DNA from: a virus
DNA length: 64,000 nt
Virus record (IMG/VR): IMGVR_UViG_3300026512_000006
Span: 1-64,000 of that record
Strand: one strand, 5' to 3'
Both the position numbers and the translations under genes were made by a program. Positions 1 to 8,805 of this stretch are shown here, in pieces. Each line of letters begins with the position of its first letter. The first letter of the stretch is position 1. The notes beneath the pieces were generated by a model that saw nothing but the letters and a program-made list of their open reading frames with translations, was not told the origin of the DNA and searched no databases.

Positions 1-1000
1 GGTTAGTAATTAATTTATAGAGATTTTAGTATATATAATAAAGAATAATACTCGTTAATACGTCCATACAACTATACTAGTATAATTCTATAGATGTATT
101 TATTAAGGTATTCCCACACTTACATCAGCGGACTATGGTATCTTCTTTTACTCATTGAAGCAATAAAAGGTTATTTTGTTTTTAGACCGGGACTAGAGAA
201 TCGCACTCTAGTATATTAACCATTCCACTATAGATTGTAGTCAATATGTGAGCCACTAAGCTCCCGGATATTTAGATATTATAGGTAGCTGGAGGCCAGT
301 TGCTAGCTGACATAACTAGTATAGGCATGAGTTATATTCCCACCGCTTTAAGCATTTAAGCTACTCCAGCATATTAATGGCGGCCTTTTCCAAGTACTAA
401 GTCTTGTACTGAGTAACCTAACTCAGGACCAATTCAGGTCTGGAGTGTAGAAAGTTTTATAATACTGCTATTCTCTATAATTACTTTGATAAGAGAGTTT
501 ACGTAGTTATTCCGCTTCTGTATATGCCCTAGTTCAAGTCCAGGGTAAATGACTAACTTGTTTGTATTGACGTCTGTAAGTCAAACATTCGTGTCTTAAC
601 GTTATACTCCGATGAAGACAAATGGAGTACCTTTTTTGGAACGCTTTCTCAGCTAAAGGTTAACCATACTTGCAGTTCTTTTATATAGCGTCGTTGCAAG
701 TGCCAACGCTAACCACTCATTATTATCCGAATGGTAGCGGATATCTCTAACTACACGATGGTAGTTGAGCAAATTACTATTTACATCTAGTTGATGCTTC
801 ATGGTGAGTTTTAAGCCATCTCAAGGCTGCAAGGTGTAGGGAGCTTACTTAGACAATACCTCACGGTATTGAATTGCAATGATAGTAGCATTTTCCCACT
901 CTCTACGTGAGTAATTTAGATTACAGGGCCCATTCGCGGTATTCATAGTACCCAATGGTTCTCAGTCTCGTATAGCTATGAACAGTCCTGAGCAGTTTGT
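1..1000 (-). other. ORF-free, GC-elevated, hairpin-dense region (candidate large structured RNA, or regulatory/terminal region)
   Basis: No ORF >=60 aa in any frame over ~1 kb, although flanking DNA is densely coding. All three stop types occur in every frame. Sampled GC is ~40-43% vs ~28-30% in adjacent genes. Stems at 192-212, 409-426, 527-545, 725-742, 749-766 and 854-871. Some are fully paired (G-U) or GNRA-looped only when read on the minus strand. Confidence 0.3.
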
Positions 1001-1072
1001 GTTACCACCATAAAGTGTCATTGTATATGTTGTAATGCTTTGTTTAAATTTCATAATATTTTCTGAGTTATA

Positions 1073-1363
1073 TTAAAAGGGTATGTCATCATAAATATTA
1101 ATCGAAACTGATTTAGGCAGCTTTTTAGTAGCTTTTAGTTTTGGTTTAGAGTTACTGAACCAATCTTTAGAAGTATTCCCTAACACTTCTATATTGTACA
1201 TTTTTGTTATAATCTCTGTTTGCTCAGGGCTTAAATAATAGCCCGATTTTCATTTATTTAGGATATCTTTTTTAGTTTGCAACCATTTATTATTTTCTGC
1301 TTTGCCTTTTATGATGTAATTAAAACATGCCTCGCATATCTTGTTTATGTGTGTTGGGTTCAT
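1073..1363 (-). CDS. hypothetical protein, 96 sense codons with one in-frame TGA (1250-1252)
   Basis: ATG at 1363 lies one nt after the stop of the upstream gene, with an AAAGG SD. The frame is continuous to TAA at 1073 if TGA is read through (MNPTHINKICEAC...LNK[TGA]KSGYYLSPEQ...DDIPF). The gene uses TGG for Trp elsewhere. Confidence 0.4.
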
Positions 1364-1364
1364 A

Positions 1365-1893
1365 TTATACCTTTGTGTATATTAAATTATTATCAAGGCT
1401 CTCTTTAATGTCTTGGAAGTCTACAGAGCAGTAGTTACAGTTTTCTAGAGAAACGTTTGCATATCTTGGACCGTCCATATTGATGTCATAGGTATATCCA
1501 TGTATGTTGTACTTGTTACATAATTTATCTGGATGGGCTAGTGCATGGTTTAGTCATCAGCCTTCACGGCTATGTAGTCCATATACTTCATTAAAAGTAT
1601 CGTGTAGTTTTATAGTACGAAATTCTCCGAACTGATTCTCATGATTGCCCATTACTAAGTGGTTATCCCCTGGTAAAGATTTAATGAGGTCTAGTGAGTG
1701 CTCTTTAAAGCAGATATCCCAAGGAAGAATAGTACGTTTTGTTTGCCTATGGTACTTAAATAATTATCTAAGATGCACTCGTTATGTATTTTATCTGATT
1801 TGAATATTGGCTTGAATTTTTTAGTTATTCCAAGATGGCCTATATGTCAGTCTGATGTGTAAAATACTTTATTTGCGATAACCCCTTATACAT
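1365..1893 (-). pseudogene. calcineurin-like metallophosphoesterase, reading frame disrupted as sequenced
   Basis: Minus-strand translation shows VFYTSD[TGA]HIGH, LFFLG/DICF (GD motif), LVMGNHENQ and NIHGYTY. The frame needs +1 G in G-runs (plus-strand C-runs 1882-1885 and 1718-1720); 529 nt + 2 = 177 codons. It also needs read-through of TGA at 1847-1849, 1557-1559 and 1554-1556. Confidence 0.6.
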
Positions 1894-1901
1894 TTATATC
1901 G

Positions 1902-2135
1902 CTATTTTTCAGTTGGTTCATTTTCTAGTAAAGGATACCAGGATATCCCACCGAAGTCCTCTATGTTTATAGTTTGTATAGGTAACATCGTATTAATAGG
2001 AATAGATACTATAAAGCATTCTGTACAGTTACTTTGTATTACTGCATCTATTGCTTTATCTTTATGTGTGAAGATGCCTTGCATCTCCCACTCTGTATCG
2101 CTTATACGTTTACCTACGTACCATATCTTATTCAT
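1902..2135 (-). CDS. hypothetical protein (77 aa)
   Basis: ORF track; AAAGGAC SD upstream of the ATG; packed in a co-oriented array. Confidence 0.6.
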   Translation of the reverse strand: MNKIWYVGKRISDTEWEMQGIFTHKDKAIDAVIQSNCTECFIVSIPINTMLPIQTINIEDFGGISWYPLLENEPTEK

Positions 2136-2475
2136 TGTAGTCCTTTATAATTTTATAGGCTGTTTCTATATCTACAGTGAGATGCACATTAAATGTATCA
2201 GGAATAGCAAATTGAGGTAAGCCTTTTGTGGATCCCTTTAATTTTATATATCTATCTACTGCTGCTCTAAATAGTTTTAAATGGTATATTGAGTTTTTTA
2301 TTCTAATTTTACTATTAGGACTTAAGTCATAAATATCTAAAAAGTTGTGAGCCTTGTAGGAAGTATTACTGTTGGACATATGATAAGATATTTGAGATTT
2401 TAGCCATGTTGTACGGGTAGTACTATTAATTTTTTCTAACTGTACTTTATACGTAAAATTATTTAGTTTGTTCAT
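2128..2475 (-). CDS. hypothetical protein (115 aa)
   Basis: ORF track; start overlaps the stop of the upstream gene (translational coupling). Confidence 0.6.
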   Translation of the reverse strand: MNKLNNFTYKVQLEKINSTTRTTWLKSQISYHMSNSNTSYKAHNFLDIYDLSPNSKIRIKNSIYHLKLFRAAVDRYIKLKGSTKGLPQFAIPDTFNVHLTVDIETAYKIIKDYNE

Positions 2476-3095
2476 AACTTTATTATCCTTTCTATTTCAG
2501 AACGTATCCTTTCTGAGGGTACTTTAGTTGTTATTTTAAAATACCTACGTACTGCTTTTAAGGAAGCTGAATGTGGTATTAAGCTTTTAGTAGCTAAAAG
2601 ACGATAGAAACGATAGATACGTAAGGGGTCTTCCATTATACGAGATACTGGATTATCTATAAAGCGAAGGCAATGATTCTGTATGTCTGTTTTACCTTTT
2701 CCAGTAGGATCCAGAATAGTGTTATCAGTAAGAGACATATAAAGAGCATTAATAGTAAAATCCCTTCTATCAGCATCAGTGGTAACAGTGCCAAGCTTGC
2801 CACCATTATTGTCAGTATCTTTACGAAAGTTTGAAAGTTCAAAGTGATGCCCTTGTTTTGAGATATTTAATACTAAGTAATGCTTGCCAGTTTGTTTTAC
2901 ATTCCAGCCAGCTTCTACGAAGGCTGTAGCCATTGCGTCATAAGGTGCATCTGTTACTATGTCAATATCTTTAGAGGGTAGACCTAGTAACAAGTCTCTT
3001 ACGTACCCTCCCACTATGTAGGATGATGCATTTAGTGAGCGTAGAATTATAGCTAGCTGTAGGATTATTAAATCTCTATGGTGTAGTGATTTCAT
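2472..3095 (-). CDS. class II nucleotidyltransferase, CCA-adding / poly(A) polymerase head-domain protein
   Basis: GGYVRDLLLG..DIDIV, RRDFTINA and EDPLRIYRFYR motifs typical of tRNA nucleotidyltransferase/PcnB head and neck. Only 207 aa (minimal form). Confidence 0.75.
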   Translation of the reverse strand: MKSLHHRDLIILQLAIILRSLNASSYIVGGYVRDLLLGLPSKDIDIVTDAPYDAMATAFVEAGWNVKQTGKHYLVLNISKQGHHFELSNFRKDTDNNGGKLGTVTTDADRRDFTINALYMSLTDNTILDPTGKGKTDIQNHCLRFIDNPVSRIMEDPLRIYRFYRLLATKSLIPHSASLKAVRRYFKITTKVPSERIRSEIERIIKL

Positions 3096-4066
3096 AATAA
3101 TTTAAGTAATAATTGTTTATAGACCTTACTATCGGCTTTTGCTGGTAACGTAGTTGATTTTACTAAGTTATCTACCTCTTCAATAGTGGTAAGTATAACT
3201 TCCATAACATCTTCTAATTGTTCATTTCCTTCTTTAATAGATTTAATGTAAGTTCTATCAAGTAAAGGAAAAGTTATTGTATTAACAGTTAATAGCTCTC
3301 GTACTTCAAATAAAACTCGTACGGCATGACTAAGTGCTTTATAGTCAATAGAAGTAACTGCGTTTTTAGTACGATTACCATATTGTGTTTTTATTAATTG
3401 TAGACGAGATATAATATAATCACGATCTAATGAGATATCAAATAATTTTCCTAATACAGAAAGATAGGTAGTATTTCCTTTAGTATTATTTTTAGTGTTT
3501 TTGGCTTGTATTATTTTTATATAACTGTAAGTATTATTAGCAATTATTGTTTCTAATGAAGTATTTGGGTATTCTTTAATTTGTTCTAAAAAATTTAGCA
3601 ATTCTTTATAACGTTTACCTTTAACATTGTATCGTTTACTTTGTCCTATTGCATAACCTAGGAAGGCATGAACATTACTATGAAGTAAGTTAGGGAGTTC
3701 TTTTAAAATTTCTTCTGATTGCTTAGTATAAAGTAATTGAGTATCTTTATGTTGCATACTGAATAGTAAATCAAGCGCTCCTGTTTCACCTTTTTTTAAA
3801 AGATGTAGAAACTTGTGGATAGACCATAGTTGAATATCTATATCTTCTAAATCATTACGGGATTTATTATTACCTGTAGTAGTAGTATAATGTTCTGCAT
3901 CTGTTTTAAGTAATAAAGATTCTTTAGATGGTATAAATATTCCTTTGTAATCTTTATCTGAATTAGAATTTTTAGTTCCATAAAGTCTTGAGCCTGACAA
4001 TGTCACGTAGATTACCTTGTAATCAGGGAATTGTTTATAAAATGGTTCTAGTAATTTAGCTATCAT
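3092..4066 (-). CDS. Pol-beta superfamily nucleotidyltransferase (RlaP-like, RNA-repair associated type)
   Basis: N-terminal LSGSRLYGTKNSNSDKDYKGIF matches the GS-x10-DxD NTase signature. Size and helical C-terminal half fit the 'predicted nucleotidyltransferase' family found next to RNA repair genes. Confidence 0.55.
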   Translation of the reverse strand: MIAKLLEPFYKQFPDYKVIYVTLSGSRLYGTKNSNSDKDYKGIFIPSKESLLLKTDAEHYTTTTGNNKSRNDLEDIDIQLWSIHKFLHLLKKGETGALDLLFSMQHKDTQLLYTKQSEEILKELPNLLHSNVHAFLGYAIGQSKRYNVKGKRYKELLNFLEQIKEYPNTSLETIIANNTYSYIKIIQAKNTKNNTKGNTTYLSVLGKLFDISLDRDYIISRLQLIKTQYGNRTKNAVTSIDYKALSHAVRVLFEVRELLTVNTITFPLLDRTYIKSIKEGNEQLEDVMEVILTTIEEVDNLVKSTTLPAKADSKVYKQLLLKLL

Positions 4067-4266
4067 TTTGATGCCTCACATTGTTTTTTAAAGCTTAGTT
4101 TCCAGTATTTAACTTGATGTTCTAATTGACTTAGTTGTTTATCAAAATCGTTAAAAATTGCATGTAAGATATTATCGTGTTCAAATTTTGTGATAGCATC
4201 TATATTCCCTGAACAGTCTACTTTTACTTTTTGTATATTTATATTTAGGGCTTCTTCTCTTGTCAT
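4063..4266 (-). CDS. hypothetical protein (67 aa)
   Basis: ORF track; ATGA overlap with the upstream exonuclease gene. Confidence 0.55.
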   Translation of the reverse strand: MTREEALNINIQKVKVDCSGNIDAITKFEHDNILHAIFNDFDKQLSQLEHQVKYWKLSFKKQCEASK

Positions 4267-5081
4267 AGCTTAGTTCCTAATAATGGTTTATAGTTATTGT
4301 TTGGTAAATATTTTTTAATTTTACTAAGTTTATTATAAGTTTTAACAGGACCATCTTTTAAAAACTTAGGACTGAATATGGCAGAAAGTTCTCTAGCTAA
4401 TTCTCCTTTTTCTTGTAGAAGTTTAGTATTAAGAGCTTTAGCCATTTTAATGTCTATATAAAAACCATTAGAAGTTTGTTCAGCTATTATAGAAGCTGCT
4501 TTATGCTCTATATCTATAACTGACTCTATTGGAAAGTTATTTTTTTCCATGAGGAATAATAGTAGTCTAGTTGTTAAATCAACATCTTGATTACAGTAGA
4601 TAGCCATTTCTTCTGTTAGTTTTGAAAAGTCATTAAAGTCTATTTTAAAATCTCCTAGACGTTGCCCGAAAGCTTTCAAGGAATAAGAACCATAAAGATC
4701 TTTGTCTATGCCTAATTGAGGGTCCATAGCGTATAAGTCATCTTTTGAAAATATTATTTTTGATATAATAAGTGTATCAAGTGGCTTAGGAGTTATATCA
4801 ACTCCTAGATGCTTACGAAGTTCATTGCAATCAAATCCTATAATATTATGTCCACATATATAATCACATTTATTTAGTTGTGTTATTGTTTGCATTAAAG
4901 ACCCATTTGAGTATGGTGTCCAATATTGTGTATAAGCTTTTGAGGGTGTTATTTTAGTGTTACCTTTTGAATCAATATCAATAAATGCTATACCATTACA
5001 GAAAATTTCTGTTGTAGGTATTCGATCTGTCTCTAAGTCAAATATTCCTATTCTTTTATTATGTAGCCATTTAGGTATCAT
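4263..5081 (-). CDS. family A DNA polymerase-type 3'-5' exonuclease domain protein (no polymerase domain)
   Basis: ExoI FDLETD, ExoII GHNIIGFD, ExoIII YCNQDVDLT. The ORF ends at a TGA that overlaps the next ATG. No motif A/B/C of a PolA palm/fingers anywhere in the window. Confidence 0.75.
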   Translation of the reverse strand: MIPKWLHNKRIGIFDLETDRIPTTEIFCNGIAFIDIDSKGNTKITPSKAYTQYWTPYSNGSLMQTITQLNKCDYICGHNIIGFDCNELRKHLGVDITPKPLDTLIISKIIFSKDDLYAMDPQLGIDKDLYGSYSLKAFGQRLGDFKIDFNDFSKLTEEMAIYCNQDVDLTTRLLLFLMEKNNFPIESVIDIEHKAASIIAEQTSNGFYIDIKMAKALNTKLLQEKGELARELSAIFSPKFLKDGPVKTYNKLSKIKKYLPNNNYKPLLGTKL

Positions 5082-5115
5082 TTAGTTTCCTTAAAAGTAA
5101 TAGTTAGTATATATT

Positions 5116-5421
5116 TTATTTGACTTGAAGTGTATTTTTTATTGTATTTATTTTATCTTTTACTATTGCTAGTTCTTGATTAACTGTAACTAAACGATTA
5201 GATAAATTGTCTTTTTCTTTTAAACAGGTATTTAGTGAGTCTTTTAGTTTAGGTGTTTCAGTATCAATGATTGTTTCAGAGTTATCGTAAAGTTCTATAA
5301 TATCTTTAGCCTTGAAATAGGCTTTGACTAAGATATCATAAAGTTCTTCTTTAGTTGCTTCTTCGTCTAAGTTATTTTCTATTTCTATTATTTCATCTTT
5401 AAGTTGTTGAATTTTATTCAT
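5116..5421 (-). CDS. hypothetical coiled-coil protein (101 aa)
   Basis: ORF track; heptad-rich, charged sequence; AAAGGAC SD. Confidence 0.6.
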   Translation of the reverse strand: MNKIQQLKDEIIEIENNLDEEATKEELYDILVKAYFKAKDIIELYDNSETIIDTETPKLKDSLNTCLKEKDNLSNRLVTVNQELAIVKDKINTIKNTLQVK

Positions 5422-5464
5422 GGTAGTCCTTTAATGTATGTATAAGTGTAATCGAATTCTTTAG

Positions 5465-5644
5465 CTAAATCGTGCCAGCACGTTTAGCTTCGAAGAACTC
5501 TGATACAGCTACAGCTGCTTTATAGGCGTCTGAGTCTAGACGTTGATTTAGTGTTTGTATTTCTTGAGCTGATAGTCCAATACATGAGTATTCTAAAGAG
5601 TCTCTAATATATTGGGTTAGTTGTTGAAGTTCTTGTGCGTTCAT
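5465..5644 (-). CDS. hypothetical protein (59 aa, below the ORF-track cutoff)
   Basis: Own translation: MNAQELQQLTQYIRDSLEYSCIGLSAQEIQTLNQRLDSDAYKAAVAVSEFFEAKRAGTI. It fills an otherwise empty gap between co-oriented genes. Confidence 0.45.
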   Translation of the reverse strand: MNAQELQQLTQYIRDSLEYSCIGLSAQEIQTLNQRLDSDAYKAAVAVSEFFEAKRAGTI

Positions 5645-5662
5645 TGGGTATGCTTTAATATT

Positions 5663-6148
5663 TTAAGTTTCTTTTAATGCGATAAAAGGAATTGTAATAT
5701 CGTGATTTTTTAAAGTTACATTACCATCACTGTCTGTTTGACTGAATTCTAATTCTTCAGGATTATTAAATGCTTTTGAATTACAAATTTTATCTATCTC
5801 TTTTAGTGGTATAATTTCATGCCAATATGGATTTAATATAAATTTTTTACCTAGTAAAGATTCTGTAGGTTCTACTATGTCATTAGCAGGAGTTTGCTGC
5901 ATTGATATTTTTAGCAGTACTAGATAGCCTAAGAGGTCTTGCAAGACATCTTCATCTTCAGTGATACTTTGAGTCCTAAGACGACTAAGTTTGTCGTCTA
6001 GGCGTACTAAGAGTTGCTCTGTAGCACTTGCTTTAGAGAATACTCTTACAGGTTCTAGTGCTGAATTACCATATTTTTCATTTTTTGAAATAAGTAATTC
6101 AGCAAGATCGTTAGTAACCTTATGTACTTTTTCTGCGAAGGTATTCAT
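5663..6148 (-). CDS. hypothetical protein, possible MazG-like/DUF1599-type all-alpha NTP pyrophosphohydrolase domain
   Basis: N-terminal KNEKYGNS...RLDDKLSRL...LLGYLVLL pattern resembles MazG-like helical bundles; weak by-eye call. Confidence 0.35.
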   Translation of the reverse strand: MNTFAEKVHKVTNDLAELLISKNEKYGNSALEPVRVFSKASATEQLLVRLDDKLSRLRTQSITEDEDVLQDLLGYLVLLKISMQQTPANDIVEPTESLLGKKFILNPYWHEIIPLKEIDKICNSKAFNNPEELEFSQTDSDGNVTLKNHDITIPFIALKET

Positions 6149-6150
6149 AA

Positions 6151-6957
6151 TTAGTTACTTCCGCTATTAAAACTTAGTTCAGGATATACTTCGTTTTCAA
6201 AGGTTTCTTTTAGTTTATTAAGTTTTTGATGTGCTATTTCTGCTTGAAGGTATTCTTCCATTGAGCTAGAAGCATCATTGATGTCTGCTAAGAAGCGAAG
6301 AGCTTTCATATCGTCTGACTTGTGTACTGGCTCTGCGATGATACTATAAAAGATGTCCCATGAACCTAATAGGAAATATGCTTGAGACATTTTTTCAGTA
6401 AACTCTTGACGACCTTCAGGGTGTAGTCGTTGAGCATCTAAGATTAATGCTTCAGTCATATTGTGTTCTGATAGGAGCCACTCGTGGAGGGCTTTCTTTT
6501 TCATAGCTTCAATACTGATAGCAGCATCTGACATACGTTTTGGCATAGTACCAGTTGTTTCAGCAGCTTTTTTAAGGTTGTCTGCAGTTGGTTTGCCAAA
6601 TTTAGCAAGACATACGTCTAGGAGTGCCATAGCATCTTCGATACTGTCTGGGATGTATTCTGCAGCTGAAAGGGATAAGGCTACATAGTATTTAGTTTTA
6701 ATAGCTTCTAGTATTACTCTTTTTTGTAAATAGCTGATATAAGTATTAGCTGTTTCTACCGTGTAGCCTAGATCGTTGATTGATTGCTCGAAGCCAGAGG
6801 CTGAGAGGTTTGTTTGTAACATGAAGAAGATTTCTCCACGACCATAGTTAAGTAGTTCTTGTGAAAATACGTCTACACGAGATAATTGCTCTTGTGCCCA
6901 TTTAGTATCAATGATATTGTCTTCTGGTAAGATTACCCCTGTATTTGATTCGTTCAT
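6151..6957 (-). CDS. hypothetical protein (268 aa)
   Basis: ORF track; higher GC than neighbours (core-like composition); the antisense ORF 6461-6688 is judged a shadow. Confidence 0.65.
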   Translation of the reverse strand: MNESNTGVILPEDNIIDTKWAQEQLSRVDVFSQELLNYGRGEIFFMLQTNLSASGFEQSINDLGYTVETANTYISYLQKRVILEAIKTKYYVALSLSAAEYIPDSIEDAMALLDVCLAKFGKPTADNLKKAAETTGTMPKRMSDAAISIEAMKKKALHEWLLSEHNMTEALILDAQRLHPEGRQEFTEKMSQAYFLLGSWDIFYSIIAEPVHKSDDMKALRFLADINDASSSMEEYLQAEIAHQKLNKLKETFENEVYPELSFNSGSN

Positions 6958-7211
6958 TTAGTCTCCTTTGGTGTTGTGTATATTAATGATTTAATTGTGC
7001 GTTCTGACAATCCAGTAGCAAGCTTTGCTGCTTTCATAAACATTGTGTAGTTGGGTGAGGCTTCTTTAGCCTCTTTTAGTATTAATTGTTTTGCTTCTAG
7101 TATTGATTCTTTATCAAATGGATTAATATTAAATGATTTTTGTTTAATAAAAAAGAATATTTGTCCGTACGTAAGTTCTTTATGAGGGTAGTAAGGACTG
7201 CTCTTAGGCAT
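6954..7211 (-). CDS. hypothetical protein (85 aa), possible HTH
   Basis: ORF track; ATGA coupling; C-terminal AAKLATGLSERTIKSLIY looks helix-turn-helix-like. Confidence 0.5.
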   Translation of the reverse strand: MPKSSPYYPHKELTYGQIFFFIKQKSFNINPFDKESILEAKQLILKEAKEASPNYTMFMKAAKLATGLSERTIKSLIYTTPKETK

Positions 7212-7212
7212 A

Positions 7213-7779
7213 TTACGCTCCCAGTTTTAAGCCGGCTACATGATAAGTTGTAGATTCACATGCGTTTTCGTTGAATTTTATTGCCCATTCATTAAGTGTT
7301 TCAATTGTTTTAGGTAGTGCTACTTTTGTAACATCTCCTGAGATATGATTTACTTGTACTAAAGTAGGTTCAATAAATTCTTTTAATTTAGTATTAATGT
7401 TAGTATGAATAATTCTGCTTGAATTAGAATTAAATACCATGCTTATTTTTTTAACTAAGAAGCTATAATCTTGATAAAAATCCCCAGTACCTGTAAATAC
7501 GCTATTACGATAATTAGAGAAATAACGATGAGTTAATATACACATTGCAATTTCATGCTGAGTTGTTTTACCCATCATATTAACTGATACTTCAATAGCT
7601 TTTCTATGATCTTCATAAGTAGTTTTTAATGGAGTATTTTGATATTGTCTTTGAATTTCATCACGGTTATACCAAAAGATATTTCTATCAAATGTTGTAA
7701 GTGTTTCTTCGAATTTTTTAGGGGGACGTTTGGCTACATTTTGAAAATATTTTTCGAGTTGATAGTCTATGAGTGTCAT
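7213..7779 (-). CDS. hypothetical protein (188 aa)
   Basis: ORF track; tightly packed. Confidence 0.6.
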   Translation of the reverse strand: MTLIDYQLEKYFQNVAKRPPKKFEETLTTFDRNIFWYNRDEIQRQYQNTPLKTTYEDHRKAIEVSVNMMGKTTQHEIAMCILTHRYFSNYRNSVFTGTGDFYQDYSFLVKKISMVFNSNSSRIIHTNINTKLKEFIEPTLVQVNHISGDVTKVALPKTIETLNEWAIKFNENACESTTYHVAGLKLGA

Positions 7780-7968
7780 TTAGTTTCCTTGTGTTATATA
7801 GGTTAAGAGTAATTGTGATAAAGCTATAAATATTGAGCCTATTATTATTATTTGTATTAGTACTCTGTCATGTACTTTTTGATGCGCTTCTATGGGATGC
7901 ATTTTGCGTTGTTTTACTAGTTTTAGTAAATCATCTGCTTTTATCCATCGAACTAGTCTATGTAGCAT
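7780..7968 (-). CDS. hypothetical small membrane protein (62 aa)
   Basis: ORF track; C-terminal hydrophobic helix IIIIGSIFIALSQLLLTYI. Confidence 0.5.
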   Translation of the reverse strand: MLHRLVRWIKADDLLKLVKQRKMHPIEAHQKVHDRVLIQIIIIGSIFIALSQLLLTYITQGN

Positions 7969-8127
7969 ATATAAAATCCTTTAATAGTAGTATTGTATCA
8001 GAATTATTTTAAAAGTGCAATATCCACTTCTAAGCCGTATAATTTTATTGCTTGTTCTAGTGCAGATTTTTCTGAGTAAGTTTTTATTGTTGTCTTTTTT
8101 GTACCATATAAACTTATTATATAAGTT

Positions 8128-8325
8128 CTATAAAGTAACATTTAAGTTCTTTGCAAAAGTTTCAGCTATTGCTTTGTTTGAGTATACTCCGTGCAATATT
8201 CCTAAATTATCTTTTATTGCATATCTGCCATATGCAGATGTTGTTATATAGAATTGATTCGAGTATGCTTGTGATTTATTAGCTTCTTTTAGTTGTGCTA
8301 TTACGGGATTAGATTCATGTATCAT
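8128..8325 (-). CDS. hypothetical protein (65 aa)
   Basis: ORF track; AAAGGACTCC SD upstream. Confidence 0.5.
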   Translation of the reverse strand: MIHESNPVIAQLKEANKSQAYSNQFYITTSAYGRYAIKDNLGILHGVYSNKAIAETFAKNLNVTL

Positions 8326-8343
8326 AGGGAGTCCTTTAGGGAG

Positions 8344-8805
8344 TTACAACTCCCAAGGTTTCTTAGGGAGCGGTTCTGTTATTGATTGTTGGGCTTTAAT
8401 GGCTTTTACTTCTTCTTTAGTTTTATTATCTGCAGCTGCCTTAGTTTTTAGTTTATCTGCTTTTAGTTTTTCTTTTTCTGCTATTAAAGTTAGTCGTTTT
8501 TCCTCTTGCTTTGCAAAGGAGTCTATTTGAGATTGAGTTCTACCGAATGTTGGCATTTTAGTTTTCTTGCCAGCCGTTGGTGTTACAGACGGTTTAGAGC
8601 TAGCTGAAGGCTTAGAAGTAGTAGGTGCTGATGATTCATCCTCTGCAGCTTGTTTGAGGGCTGAGTAGCTTCTATTGAAGTCTGACGGCATGTTATTTAA
8701 GAAAGCCATTACAGCCGCTACTTCTTTGTATGTTAAGTTTAATGTTATTGATACTGTTTTCAAATTAATCTCCTTTAGTATTCTATTGAAGCGTACACTG
8801 TACAC
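8344..8805 (-). CDS. hypothetical protein with S/T/P-rich linker and Lys-rich coiled coil (153 aa)
   Basis: ORF track; AAAGGAG SD. Confidence 0.55.
   Translation of the reverse strand: MYSVRFNRILKEINLKTVSITLNLTYKEVAAVMAFLNNMPSDFNRSYSALKQAAEDESSAPTTSKPSASSKPSVTPTAGKKTKMPTFGRTQSQIDSFAKQEEKRLTLIAEKEKLKADKLKTKAAADNKTKEEVKAIKAQQSITEPLPKKPWEL

Noticed and set aside
527-545. T-arm-like hairpin (plus strand CCCTAG-TTCAAGT-CCAGGG) that might mark a tRNA gene
   Set aside because: No matching acceptor stem, D-arm or anticodon arm could be built on either strand. The stem pairs better on the minus strand, where the loop is not T-loop-like. No other canonical tRNA signature occurs in 1-1000 or 25631-26445.
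1250-1252. Selenocysteine (SECIS) reading of the in-frame TGA followed by a GGGCU...AGCCC stem
   Set aside because: There is no redox-type Cys/Sec context and the stem is short and AT-rich. The other TGA sites lack a comparable downstream element, and no selenoprotein family resemblance is apparent.
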